Part shown: piece after piece, positions 42,122 to 51,312 of the stretch
Numbering within the stretch: the stretch's first letter is position 1
How the letters are laid out: the number at the start of each line of letters is the position of its first letter
Source: an uncultured virus (IMG/VR IMGVR_UViG_3300031884_000004)
Taxonomy: Duplodnaviria > Heunggongvirae > Uroviricota > Caudoviricetes
DNA length: 61,305 nucleotides
Virus record (IMG/VR): IMGVR_UViG_3300031884_000004
Strand: one strand, 5' to 3'
Notes under the pieces: generated by a model
The model's input: the letters and a program-made list of their open reading frames with translations, nothing else
Told to the model about the DNA's origin: nothing
Databases searched by the model: none
Translations under genes and position numbers: made by a program

Positions 42122-45100
42122 ATGTCTGGATACAAGAAGAAATTTCTAAACAAGAGTGGTGTTTCGAGTCCTATCTCTGGTGCGAGCAGTAATGCCGGAG
42201 CATGGAATGGGTCGCCTGGACAAAACGGTATGCCAACTGGTGGTTGGAACAATACTGAATTTGGATACAAAAACTATCAAAGTAGACTACCGGAAGTCTA
42301 CACTGGTCACCCCAACAGAATCGAACGATACAATCAATACGAAATGATGGACGTTGATGCTGAAATCAACGCTTGTTTGGACATCATAGCAGAGTTCTCT
42401 ACACAGCGAAATGAACATAACAAGACACCGTTTGCGTTTGAATTCAAAGGAGAACCTACGCCACGTGAAGTAGAATTGCTAGGTAAGCAGCTACAACAGT
42501 GGTGCAAGCTAAATGAATTCGACGTGAGAATGTTTAAGATTTTCAGAAACGTTGTCAAGTATGGTGACCAAGTATTTGTTCGTGACCCAGAAAACTTTAA
42601 GCTATACTGGGTTGATATGGTTAAGGTCATTAAGGTTATCGTCAACGAATCTGAGGGCAAGAAGCCGGAACAGTATGTCATCAAAGACATCAATATCAAT
42701 CTACAAAACTTATCAGTAGCACAGAAAACCAATACTGACTTTGCTGCGAACCCAGCAACTGGTTTAGGTGGTAGTGGCGGCGGAACTAACACCCCGTACA
42801 CTGTTCCGGCAATGCCATATAATACGACTGGAAGTCGTTTTACATTAGGTCAGAGTGAATCAGCAGTAGACAGTAAGCATATTGTACACTTGTCCTTAAC
42901 TGAAGGATTAGATAGATTTTGGCCTTTTGGTCAATCTATACTGGAAAACATCTTTAAGGTCTATAAGCAAAAAGAACTACTAGAAGATGCGGTTCTTATC
43001 TATCGTGTGCAGCGTGCACCTGAACGTAGAATGTTTAAGATCGATGTTGGTAACATGCCAAGTCACTTAGCAATGGCATTTGTTGAGCGAGTAAAGAACG
43101 AAATTCACCAGCGTAGAATTCCCTCACCGTACGGTGGACAGTCGATTGTGGACGCCTCTTATAACCCTTTATGTTTGGATTTAGAAACTAAAATTCCACT
43201 TTTAGATGGAAGAACCTTGTCTTTACAAGAAATAATCACTGAATTTGAAGCTGGAAAAGAAAATTGGGCGTATAGCTGCGATCCAGTAACCGGTAGAGTA
43301 GTACCTGGAGTAATTAATTGGGCTGGCATTACTAGAAAAAACACAGAAGTAATTAAACTTACTTTTGATAACGGCAAAACATTAGTTTGTACACCAGACC
43401 ATAAAATACCTGTGTTTGATAAAGGCTTTGTAGAAGCACAACATTTAACTGAAAATGATAGTCTAATTGCGTTCAATACTCAAAATAAAAATATTTCAGG
43501 CGGAAAAACCAATGATTACCAGCAGGTATGGGACCATGAGAGTAAAAAATGGATTTGGACTCATCGGATGGTCGGGGATTTCTTTAGAAATTTAGGAAAG
43601 CACCAAGAATTTAATTATCTAACTGAATACGCAATGGCACCTAGAACAGTTATTCATCATAAAGATAACAATAGATTTAATAACGAACCCAAAAACCTAG
43701 TATTCATGAACAAAACAGATCATGTTTTATATCATGCTGCACAGAAAAAAGAATTTTGGGAAACGATGTCAGATGAATATAGAAAGCAGATAACGTCTAA
43801 AACTTCGGCCACTCTAAAAGAAAATTGGGAAAATATGACCGAAGAAGAACGTCTAATCGGTCTTTGGAACATTAGAGCAGCGCAACAAAAAGCTGTATGG
43901 GCTAGAAAGAACGATCCTATAACTGCGGCTAAATATAAATCTAGTATGCAACAAGTGCGCAAAGAGTACTTTGATCGTAATCCAGTTGGTTTGGAAAAAG
44001 TTCGTGCAAATTGTGAAAAGAGAGTTAAAATTAAAAATCAACCACTGATCTTGACATTTGATATGGTACAACGAGTAGCAGAACAGGTTAAGCAAGGTAA
44101 TAAAAATAAAAATAAGGTACTGGAGTGGTGTGATAATGATAGCACCTTATTGAGTTTGGTTAAGAATGCTAATTCATCACCATTGGATTATAAAAATGCA
44201 CAATGTAAAATAGACTTTAATAAGTTTGGGTACAGTAAGTTAGACAGACTTCTTTCTAAATTTGGATATAAAAATTGGAAACATTTTGTAAAAGAAATTG
44301 ACAATTTTAACCATAGAATTGTAAAGATTGAAAAGGTAAGTAACAGAGACACTGGAACTATAACTATTGATGGGCGTCATCAATGGCATGATTATCATAC
44401 GTTTGCTATCGACGCTGGTATATTTGTAAAGAACTCAATGAACGAAGACTATTTCTTCCCTGTAACAGCAGAAGGACGTGGATCATCTGTTGAAGTTCTG
44501 CCGGGCGGACAAAATCTAGGTGAAATCGATGACTTGAAGTACTTCAATAATCGTCTTGCCCGTGGACTTCGTGTTCCGTCTTCATACTTACCAACTGGTC
44601 CCGACGACAATACTACACCCATGAACGATGGTCGTGTCGGCACAGCGATGATTCAAGAATTTAGATTCAATCAATACTGTGAAAGACTTCAGAATTATAT
44701 CTGCTTGAAGCTGGATGAAGAGTTTAAGTTATTCTTGCGTTGGAGAGGCTTCAATATTGATACTAGTCTTTTCCAACTAACTTTTAATCCTCCGCAAAAC
44801 TTTGCAGCCTACCGTCAGAGTGAGTTAGATAATGCACGAGTATCAGTGTTCTCTGCTATGGATGCTATTCCATACATGTCAAAGCGCTTCAACCTTGAAA
44901 GATTCTTAGGTCTTTCAGAAGAAGAAATCAAGAAGAACGAAAAGCTCTGGGAAGAAGAAAACAGAGAAGAAGTCACTAGCGAACCACAGGGTGCTGATCT
45001 TAGAAACATAGGTGTATCCAGCGGAGACTTTGATGCTGATATGAATACTGCGGATCAGATTGAGAATTCCGAACAGGAAGGTGAAGCACCGGAAACTGCT

Positions 45101-45181
45101 GGGCCAGTTTCAGGCGGCGATGTAGCAGCAGAACCATCAGCAATGGGCGGACCTGGAGCAACTCCGGGCGGCGGCTTCTAA
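42122..45181 (+). CDS. gp20: portal protein, T4 gp20-like, intein-containing (about 598 aa after splicing)
   Basis: LEDAVLIYRVQRAPERRMFKIDVGNMP and SMNEDYFFP...GRGSSVEVLPGGQNLGEIDDLKYF. Confidence 0.93.
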   Translation: MSGYKKKFLNKSGVSSPISGASSNAGAWNGSPGQNGMPTGGWNNTEFGYKNYQSRLPEVYTGHPNRIERYNQYEMMDVDAEINACLDIIAEFSTQRNEHNKTPFAFEFKGEPTPREVELLGKQLQQWCKLNEFDVRMFKIFRNVVKYGDQVFVRDPENFKLYWVDMVKVIKVIVNESEGKKPEQYVIKDININLQNLSVAQKTNTDFAANPATGLGGSGGGTNTPYTVPAMPYNTTGSRFTLGQSESAVDSKHIVHLSLTEGLDRFWPFGQSILENIFKVYKQKELLEDAVLIYRVQRAPERRMFKIDVGNMPSHLAMAFVERVKNEIHQRRIPSPYGGQSIVDASYNPLCLDLETKIPLLDGRTLSLQEIITEFEAGKENWAYSCDPVTGRVVPGVINWAGITRKNTEVIKLTFDNGKTLVCTPDHKIPVFDKGFVEAQHLTENDSLIAFNTQNKNISGGKTNDYQQVWDHESKKWIWTHRMVGDFFRNLGKHQEFNYLTEYAMAPRTVIHHKDNNRFNNEPKNLVFMNKTDHVLYHAAQKKEFWETMSDEYRKQITSKTSATLKENWENMTEEERLIGLWNIRAAQQKAVWARKNDPITAAKYKSSMQQVRKEYFDRNPVGLEKVRANCEKRVKIKNQPLILTFDMVQRVAEQVKQGNKNKNKVLEWCDNDSTLLSLVKNANSSPLDYKNAQCKIDFNKFGYSKLDRLLSKFGYKNWKHFVKEIDNFNHRIVKIEKVSNRDTGTITIDGRHQWHDYHTFAIDAGIFVKNSMNEDYFFPVTAEGRGSSVEVLPGGQNLGEIDDLKYFNNRLARGLRVPSSYLPTGPDDNTTPMNDGRVGTAMIQEFRFNQYCERLQNYICLKLDEEFKLFLRWRGFNIDTSLFQLTFNPPQNFAAYRQSELDNARVSVFSAMDAIPYMSKRFNLERFLGLSEEEIKKNEKLWEEENREEVTSEPQGADLRNIGVSSGDFDADMNTADQIENSEQEGEAPETAGPVSGGDVAAEPSAMGGPGATPGGGF
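43172..44434 (+). mobile_element. intein (421 aa) with HNH endonuclease in the portal
   Basis: YNPL|CLDLETKIPLLDG...CTPDH (block B)...VIHHKDNNRFNNEPKNL (HNH)...TFAIDAGIFVKN|SMNEDY. Excision restores YNPLSMNEDYFFP. Confidence 0.92.
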
Positions 45182-46018
45182 GATAACATCCACCCGCGTA
45201 CAGATTTTCTTTTTCCAGACATTAATAAACTTACATTTCCTTGATGTAGGTTGTATGTTTTTATAAAATCAAACACTGTCATTCTAACTTCTTCTAGTGT
45301 ATTTTTATTTTTAAATGAGTATACATTGGGGTTATAATTAGGGTGCCCCTTTCCAAATTGAGTTGATTTGTAATTAGGGTTGTTTCTGTAATGATTAATT
45401 CCAGAATTTTTACTGATTACATATTCTCGAAAGGAGTCATTCCAGTTTGATTTACTTTCTGCTATCTTTTCTATTACTTCTTTAGATTTTGAAGGATTGT
45501 TTTCCCTAACATTCTATCAGATAAGTCTTTCCTCCAATCTGGGTTATTTTTAGTTCTAGTGTCGATTGCTTTTTTTCTTATATGTTTTTTGTCTTCAGTA
45601 GACATGTGCGAAAATCGTGATCGAGACAGATCACCTTGTTTTTTTCTTTTTTCGGGAGTCCATGCGTGATCAATTCTATTTTTAAATTCAATAGTTTTAG
45701 AATGATGGCTGTCACCAAAAACAGTTGCACCTCCGTCGCCCTCTTCAAACTTTAGATTAGCCCACGTTTTCTTCCCATTCTTATCCCGCTCGTCTACTAT
45801 ATTCCACAGTTTAGAGTAGTATAACCCCATTCTGCTACCTCTTCTTTAGAGTGACACTCTCGTAATATTTCAGTAGTAACATCATACCCATGTGTTTTTA
45901 TATGCGACCTCTACATTTTTCCGGATCCTGGATACTTATATGGATTAGATTGTGCGGTTTTACCTAAGTATTTTAATCCAGTTATGTTATGGGTTTTCTT
46001 GTATAGATAAATAGTCAT
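45178..46018 (-). pseudogene. degenerate GIY-YIG homing endonuclease
   Basis: MTIYLYKKTHNITGLKYLGKT...GSGKM*RSHIKTHGYDV, with TAG at 45911-45913 where the paralog has Trp. Frameshifts near 45826 and 45505; the tail reads ...QGNVSLLMSGKRKSVRGWMLS*. Confidence 0.85.
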
Positions 46019-46088
46019 GCTGATGTTTCCTAAGATAGCATTAGAGTAGTTGGGGTTTGCTGACCCGCGAACTACGTTTATATTTATC
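46016..46088 (-). promoter_or_regulatory. late promoter plus conserved structured HEG leader, copy B
   Basis: GATAAATA-taaac-GTAGTT-cgc-GGGT-cagcaa-ACCC-c-AACTAC-tctaatgcta-tcttaggaaacatcagc-ATG. Confidence 0.8.
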
Positions 46089-46102
46089 ATAATGATAAAT
46101 AT
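46080..46102. promoter_or_regulatory. back-to-back divergent late promoters
   Basis: ATATTTATCAT-a-ATGATAAATAT perfect inverted repeat. Confidence 0.7.
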
Positions 46103-46117
46103 ATTGATGAGGGTGTC

Positions 46118-46351
46118 ATGCTTTTAGAAGATATTTTTAGTCCGCCGGTCAATGGTCTACAGGATGTAAATTCTGACAACAGCAGACCTGTGTATAGAAC
46201 GTCACGCAAGACTAAGTTGACGCTTAGACAGATTCGAAAGCTTCGTAGAATGCTGGATGTAAGAACATTCGAGAAGCAACAGTACCTAGAAAAGTTACGT
46301 AAACAGTATGGTGCTAAACCTGACGCTGCGGCCGGGGCACCTAGCATCTAG
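46118..46351 (+). CDS. small basic hypothetical protein of the head module
   Basis: 77 aa, with GAGG SD and late promoter; SRKTKLTLRQIRKLRRM...KQYG. Confidence 0.7.
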   Translation: MLLEDIFSPPVNGLQDVNSDNSRPVYRTSRKTKLTLRQIRKLRRMLDVRTFEKQQYLEKLRKQYGAKPDAAAGAPSI

Positions 46352-46409
46352 TTATCGTAAAACCTGAATATGAAGGAGACGTTTGTCCTATTTATATAGG
46401 AGAAACTCG

Positions 46410-47045
46410 TCAATCTCGTATTACTATCCAACCTTTAACCGATTTATGTTTACCACTTATTAACCAACTTATGTTCCCTTGATACTTTGATAAATCATGT
46501 TTGATCATGAAATCTTTTGCTGTTAAAATTTCTATTTCACCAGTTTTTACGTGTTTCCATTTATATACAGGTTGATTAACTTTATCTACAAAAGCAAGTG
46601 ACCTGTTTTGTTTCAAGAAATGATGAGTTCCGTTTTCTACTCGTTTTTTTCCTCTGAGACTTGCGGCTTCTTTGTCTAAGAAATGATGAGTTCCGTTTTT
46701 TACCCTGTCCGACGCATGTGAACTACCATCTGCCCTTTTGATCAAGTTGTGGGTATTATTCTGTATTCTGGTTAAGTTCTGTAGCCTATTCAAATCGGAT
46801 AGTTTTTCAGGTGAAACTTTTTGTTTTTTACCTAGTAAAAAACAAGCACCGTAGTCACCTTGAGAATAATGAATATCATAATGTTCTTGAATAGTTACAC
46901 ACTTCAAGTTTATCGGGTCATTATTTGAATGATCACCGTCTATGTGATGGATTTCATATGATCGATCATTCTCTTCTTTTGGAATAGGTCCGTTGTGTTG
47001 TTCGTAGATTCTACGGTATTTGGTAGTGCCGCAATAAATACACAT
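46410..47045 (-). CDS. HNH homing endonuclease
   Basis: YRRIYEQHNGPIP...YEIHHIDGDHSNNDPINLKCVTIQEHYDIH; RVxNGTHHFL repeats; C-terminal HTH-like domain. Confidence 0.88.
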   Translation of the reverse strand: MCIYCGTTKYRRIYEQHNGPIPKEENDRSYEIHHIDGDHSNNDPINLKCVTIQEHYDIHYSQGDYGACFLLGKKQKVSPEKLSDLNRLQNLTRIQNNTHNLIKRADGSSHASDRVKNGTHHFLDKEAASLRGKKRVENGTHHFLKQNRSLAFVDKVNQPVYKWKHVKTGEIEILTAKDFMIKHDLSKYQGNISWLISGKHKSVKGWIVIRD

Positions 47046-47113
47046 GCTGATTGCTCCTTATAGCATTAGAGTAGTTGGGTGTTAGCGCACCGTGAACTAC
47101 ATCTTTATTTATC
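47043..47113 (-). promoter_or_regulatory. late promoter plus conserved structured HEG leader, copy C
   Basis: GATAAATA-aagat-GTAGTT-cac-GGTG-cgctaa-CACC-c-AACTAC-tctaatgcta-taaggagcaatcagc-ATG. Confidence 0.8.
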
Positions 47114-47235
47114 TTTCTCCATATTTATTTTGTATAGCACCGCCAAAAACGCAAAAAAGACTACTTAATACGGTGTTTTTTGTCTCACTGCATAAGTATA
47201 ATATACAAAGCCATTTCTATTCAGGAGACAATTTA

Positions 47236-48066
47236 ATGGATATCAGAAAATACGAACAAATGATCAACCTCGTAATCAATGAAGATCACGAGCAAGCATC
47301 AGAACTCTTTCACGAAATCGTAGTAGAAAAGTCACGCGAAATCTTTGAGTCAATTATGGCCGAAGAAGATGACGATGATATGGACGAAGGTATGGGCGGA
47401 CAAGTAGGTGATCTACTTGACGAAATCAACGCCGAAGAAGAAGGTGTTACCGAAGAAGACGAAAGCGACATCGAATTTGATGATGAAGCTGAAGAAGACG
47501 GTGAAGACTTCACTCACGACCTAGAAGCAGAACACGACGAAAGCGAAGAACACGAAGAAATTGAAGATGCAGTAATTCGCATCGAAGACAAGCTCGACCA
47601 ATTGATGGCAGAGTTTGAAGAAATCATGGGTTCAGGCGAAGAAGAAGACTTCGGCGACGAAGAAGATTTCGGCGACGAAGACGAAGAAGATTTCGGCGAC
47701 GAAGAAGATTTCGGCGACGAAGACGAAGAAGATGCAGAAGACATGATGGAAGCAGTTCAGCTTCAGAAGGTTTCTGTAACTCACGGTGACAATGGTCAGA
47801 ACACTAAGAGCCCAACTACTTTCAATTCAGGACAAGCTGGAATGGACAGCAAGCCAGTAAAGTTTGCTGACGGTAATGAAAAGGGTCGTACTGCTCCTCC
47901 TACTAAGGATCTTAAGGGCGCAGGACAGTTCAAGAACGTACCAGGAAAGAAGTCACAAGATTTGAGCGCAGCACCTAAGCCAAAGCACGGTGATGACGGT
48001 CAAAACACCAAGAGCCCAGTAGCAGAATCACGCAAGCGTGCTCCTGCTCGTAGACCAACACGATAA
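47236..48066 (+). CDS. highly acidic prohead core-like protein
   Basis: AGGAG SD before ATG 47236; ASELFHEIVVEKSREIFES; EEDFGD tandem repeats at about 47641-47730; lies between portal and protease. Confidence 0.65.
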   Translation: MDIRKYEQMINLVINEDHEQASELFHEIVVEKSREIFESIMAEEDDDDMDEGMGGQVGDLLDEINAEEEGVTEEDESDIEFDDEAEEDGEDFTHDLEAEHDESEEHEEIEDAVIRIEDKLDQLMAEFEEIMGSGEEEDFGDEEDFGDEDEEDFGDEEDFGDEDEEDAEDMMEAVQLQKVSVTHGDNGQNTKSPTTFNSGQAGMDSKPVKFADGNEKGRTAPPTKDLKGAGQFKNVPGKKSQDLSAAPKPKHGDDGQNTKSPVAESRKRAPARRPTR

Positions 48067-48081
48067 GTAATCTGAGAGCAA

Positions 48082-48222
48082 ATGGCTTTGTACATCAGAA
48101 GTGAGAATCGGGCAAACGTAAAATCAGTCCCGAATCTCTATGGTTGGACTCACGTGCCACTTTACGGTAGGTATGTGAGTCCACAACCCGCTTCTGAATG
48201 CAAACCAAAAGAGGTGTTATAA
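48082..48222 (+). other. structured 140-nt insert and 46-codon uORF duplicating the protease start
   Basis: ATGGCTTTGTACATCAGA (MALYIR) versus ATGGCTCTATATTTAAGA (MALYLR). The uORF ends in a TAATG overlap and the insert folds as a three-way junction. Confidence 0.6.
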
Positions 48223-48860
48223 TGGCTCTATATTTAAGAGAAAATTTGACCTTTGATCGCGCTAGTATGGTGGTCGAATCAGTCAAGGATGAGGGCACCG
48301 ATCTTAAGACGCTCTACATGAAAGGTATTTTCATCATGGGCGGAATTAAGAACGCAAATGAGCGTATTTACCCCGTCAACGAAATTGAAAATGCGGTAGA
48401 TACTCTCAACAAGCAAATACACGAGGGTTACTCGGTGCTTGGTGAAGTCGATCACCCAGACGATCTAAAAATAAACCTAGACCGTGTCTCTCATATGATC
48501 ACTCATATGTATATGGACGGACCAAACGGTTATGGTAAACTAAAGATTCTTCCTACTCCAATGGGTCAACTCGTAAGAACAATGTTGGAATCAGGAGTGA
48601 AGCTCGGTGTGTCCAGTAGAGGTAGCGGCAACGTTAACGATATGGATGGTCGAGTCAGTGACTTTGAAATAATCACTGTAGATATCGTTGCTCAACCGAG
48701 TGCTCCGAATGCATATCCTAAGGCAATTTATGAAGGTCTTCAGAACATGAAGTACGGACATAAAGTATTAGAGATTGCTAAAGACGCTCAAGGCAACAAA
48801 CAAGTCCAAAGATACTTGGCTGAGGAAGTAAAACGCCTCATCAATGATCTAAAGTTATAA
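48222..48860 (+). CDS. gp21: prohead protease, T4 gp21-like
   Basis: KGIFI...NANERIYP...LGEVDHP...INLDRVSH...GVKLGVSSRGSG...DIVAQPSAPNAY; SD GAGGTG before ATG 48222. Confidence 0.93.
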   Translation: MALYLRENLTFDRASMVVESVKDEGTDLKTLYMKGIFIMGGIKNANERIYPVNEIENAVDTLNKQIHEGYSVLGEVDHPDDLKINLDRVSHMITHMYMDGPNGYGKLKILPTPMGQLVRTMLESGVKLGVSSRGSGNVNDMDGRVSDFEIITVDIVAQPSAPNAYPKAIYEGLQNMKYGHKVLEIAKDAQGNKQVQRYLAEEVKRLINDLKL

Positions 48861-48876
48861 TAAAGGGATCACAGAT

Positions 48877-49968
48877 ATGCTAGATGCTATCAAACCATTA
48901 CTTGAAAGTGGACTCATTAACGAAGACGTAGGCAGAGAACTTAACGAAGCCTGGGAATCTAAGTTAACTGAGGCTCGCGCTCAGGTTCGTGCAGAACTTC
49001 ATGAAGAATTTGCACAACGTTACGAGCATGATCGTAACGTCATGGTAGAAGCCCTAGATAAGATGATGACAGAAAATCTTTCAGAAGAAATTGCAGAATT
49101 TAACGCTGAAAGACAAGCAATGAACGAAGACCGCGTAAAGTCTCAATTGAAACTACGTGAAAACGCAACCAAGTTCAACGATTTCATGGTTACTAAGCTA
49201 GCCGAAGAAATCCGCGAACTACGTGCTGATCGCAAGGTTCAAATGGAAAACCAAAAGAAGCTAGAACAATTCATTGTTCACGCCCTATCAAGAGAAATCA
49301 AAGAATTCGCTGTTGATAGACAAGCAGTAGTAGAAGCTAAGGTCAAGCTCGTTGCAGAAGGTCGCAAGCAACTTGAAGCACTCAAGGCAAAGTTTATTGC
49401 CGAAAGCGCTAAGAAGGTTAGCGGTCTTGTTGGAAATCAACTTAAGGGTGAACTATCACAACTTAAAGAAGACATCAAATCTGCTAGAGAAAACAGCTTC
49501 GGCCGCAAGATTTTCGAATCATTCGCTAGCGAATTCTCAGTAACTTATCTCAATGATAAGGCTGAAAATCGTAAAGTAATGAAGGCACTTGCAGCCAAAG
49601 ACCGTCAACTCTCAGAAGCTACAGCTAAGCTTGCACAAGCAACTAAGTTAGTAGAATCAAAGGATCGTGAAGTCCGTATCATTAAAGAATCAAATCAACG
49701 TGAGAAGGTAATGGGTAATCTATTGTCAAGTCTCAACGCTGAAAAGGCTCAAGTGATGAAGACTTTACTAGAAAGCGTTCAAACAGCAAAGCTACAGAAC
49801 GCATTCGATAAGTATTTGCCAGCCGTTCTTAATACAGGTTCAGAAGCTAAGCCTTCTAAGTCTGTTATTGTAGAAGCAACTGGTAATAAAACTGCCAATA
49901 CAGTACAAGAAGTCGATATGTCTGAAACAGACAATGTAATCGACATCAAGCGTCTGGCAGGGCTTTAA
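48877..49968 (+). CDS. gp22: prohead scaffold protein, gp22-like
   Basis: Glu/Lys-rich coiled coil between protease and capsid; many LxE sites; ends KRLAGL. Confidence 0.8.
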   Translation: MLDAIKPLLESGLINEDVGRELNEAWESKLTEARAQVRAELHEEFAQRYEHDRNVMVEALDKMMTENLSEEIAEFNAERQAMNEDRVKSQLKLRENATKFNDFMVTKLAEEIRELRADRKVQMENQKKLEQFIVHALSREIKEFAVDRQAVVEAKVKLVAEGRKQLEALKAKFIAESAKKVSGLVGNQLKGELSQLKEDIKSARENSFGRKIFESFASEFSVTYLNDKAENRKVMKALAAKDRQLSEATAKLAQATKLVESKDREVRIIKESNQREKVMGNLLSSLNAEKAQVMKTLLESVQTAKLQNAFDKYLPAVLNTGSEAKPSKSVIVEATGNKTANTVQEVDMSETDNVIDIKRLAGL

Positions 49969-49996
49969 TTAGACATAGTTTAGGAGAATATACATA

Positions 49997-51193
49997 ATGT
50001 CAAAAGTACTCTTAGAAAGCCGTTGGGACGAAACTAAAAGCGCCCTGCTTGAAGGCTTAAAAGGCAATCGTCGTTCAACTATGAACGTATTGTTTGAAAA
50101 TACGAAGAAGCAGCTTCTTGCTGAATCTTCAGCTGGCACTACAACTGCTGGTAATATCGCAACTCTAAATCGCGTTATTCTTCCAGTAATTCGACGTGTT
50201 ATGCCTACTGTTATTGCTAACGAACTTGTTGGCGTGCAACCAATGACCGGCCCAGTCGGTCAGATTCACACCCTTCGTGTTCGCTATGCAAATAGCTTGA
50301 CTGACAACTCAGCAGCAGCAACTTCTGTAACTGCTGGTGAAGAAGCACTTTCACCATTCAAGATCGCGCAAGCCTATTCTCGCGTTCCTAATGATGCAAC
50401 CTCCACTAGCTACTACACTGGTGCCGACACTGCTTCTCTAGAAGGTAATGGCGGAAAGCAAATCTCAGTACAAATCTTGAGACAAGCTGTTGAAGCAAAG
50501 TCACGTAAGCTACAAGCTCGCTGGACTTTCGAAGCTGCACAAGACGCACAATCACAACACGGGATTGACGTTGAAGCAGAAATCATGGCAGCACTTGCAC
50601 AAGAAATCACTGCTGAAATCGACCAAGAAATCTTGCTCTCACTCGCAACTCTTGCGTCAACTGAATATACTTACAACCAAGCAACTGTATCAGGTACAGC
50701 TACTTACGTTGGTGACGAACACGCTGCTCTTGCAGTACTCATCAACCGTGTTGCTAACTTGATCGCACAACGCACTCGTCGTGGTGCAGGTAACTGGGCT
50801 GTTGTATCTCCAGCTTCCTTGACTGTTCTTCAGTCAGCAACTACTTCAGCTTTCGCACGTACTACTGAAGGTACTTTCGAAGCCCCAACTAACACTAAGT
50901 TCGTTGGTACTTTGAACGGTGCAATGCGCGTTTTCGTTAACAGCTATGCTCCAGACACTCAGCCAGTACTCGTAGGCTACAAGGGTTCTTCGGAAACTGA
51001 CGCAGCAGCATTCTACTGCCCATACATTCCGTTGATGTCATCTGGCGTCGTTCTTGATCCGACTACTTTCGAGCCAGTCGTTTCATTCATGACCAGATAT
51101 GGCTACATCGAATTGACGAATACCGCGAGTTCGTTTGGTAATGCGGCTGACTACGTTGGCGAAATTGCGGTCCAAAATTTAACATTCCAATAG
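49997..51193 (+). CDS. gp23: major capsid protein, T4 gp23-like
   Basis: PVIRRVMPTVIANELVGVQPMTGPVGQI; AKSRKLQARWTFEAAQD; EITAEIDQEI; FYCPYIPL; MTRYG. Confidence 0.96.
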   Translation: MSKVLLESRWDETKSALLEGLKGNRRSTMNVLFENTKKQLLAESSAGTTTAGNIATLNRVILPVIRRVMPTVIANELVGVQPMTGPVGQIHTLRVRYANSLTDNSAAATSVTAGEEALSPFKIAQAYSRVPNDATSTSYYTGADTASLEGNGGKQISVQILRQAVEAKSRKLQARWTFEAAQDAQSQHGIDVEAEIMAALAQEITAEIDQEILLSLATLASTEYTYNQATVSGTATYVGDEHAALAVLINRVANLIAQRTRRGAGNWAVVSPASLTVLQSATTSAFARTTEGTFEAPTNTKFVGTLNGAMRVFVNSYAPDTQPVLVGYKGSSETDAAAFYCPYIPLMSSGVVLDPTTFEPVVSFMTRYGYIELTNTASSFGNAADYVGEIAVQNLTFQ

Positions 51194-51234
51194 ATCACGT
51201 TACAGTGATAACTGTTAGAAAGTTATACAAGGTG

Positions 51235-51262
51235 GAAAAGGGGACAGAAATGTCCCCTTTTC
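51235..51262 (+). terminator. intrinsic terminator after capsid gene
   Basis: GAAAAGGGGACA-GAAA-TGTCCCCTTTTC, followed by T-rich sequence. Confidence 0.85.
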
Positions 51263-51312
51263 TATTGCTTTTTATTCCGTTATGATAAATAATATTACTG
51301 AAAGGTGATATT

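Noticed and set aside
45911..45913. In-frame TAG as evidence of stop-codon reassignment
   Set aside because: TAG terminates the capsid and tape measure genes normally. This codon aligns to TGG and the same gene has two frameshifts.
47092..47235. N-terminal extension of the acidic core protein in the ORF track
   Set aside because: It overlaps the HEG leader and promoter region. The SD and composition indicate a start at 47236; starts at 48198, 52034 and 31703 were trimmed for similar reasons.
48108..48182. c-di-GMP-I riboswitch or hammerhead ribozyme (GGGCAAAC and CGGTAGGTA present)
   Set aside because: No GAAA tetraloop/receptor or GACGCAAA core, and no CUGANGA/GAAA hammerhead core on either strand.
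48082..48222. T4 gene 60-like translational bypass
   Set aside because: There is no stop codon after a take-off site; the insert is fully open and the downstream gene has its own SD and complete N-terminus.
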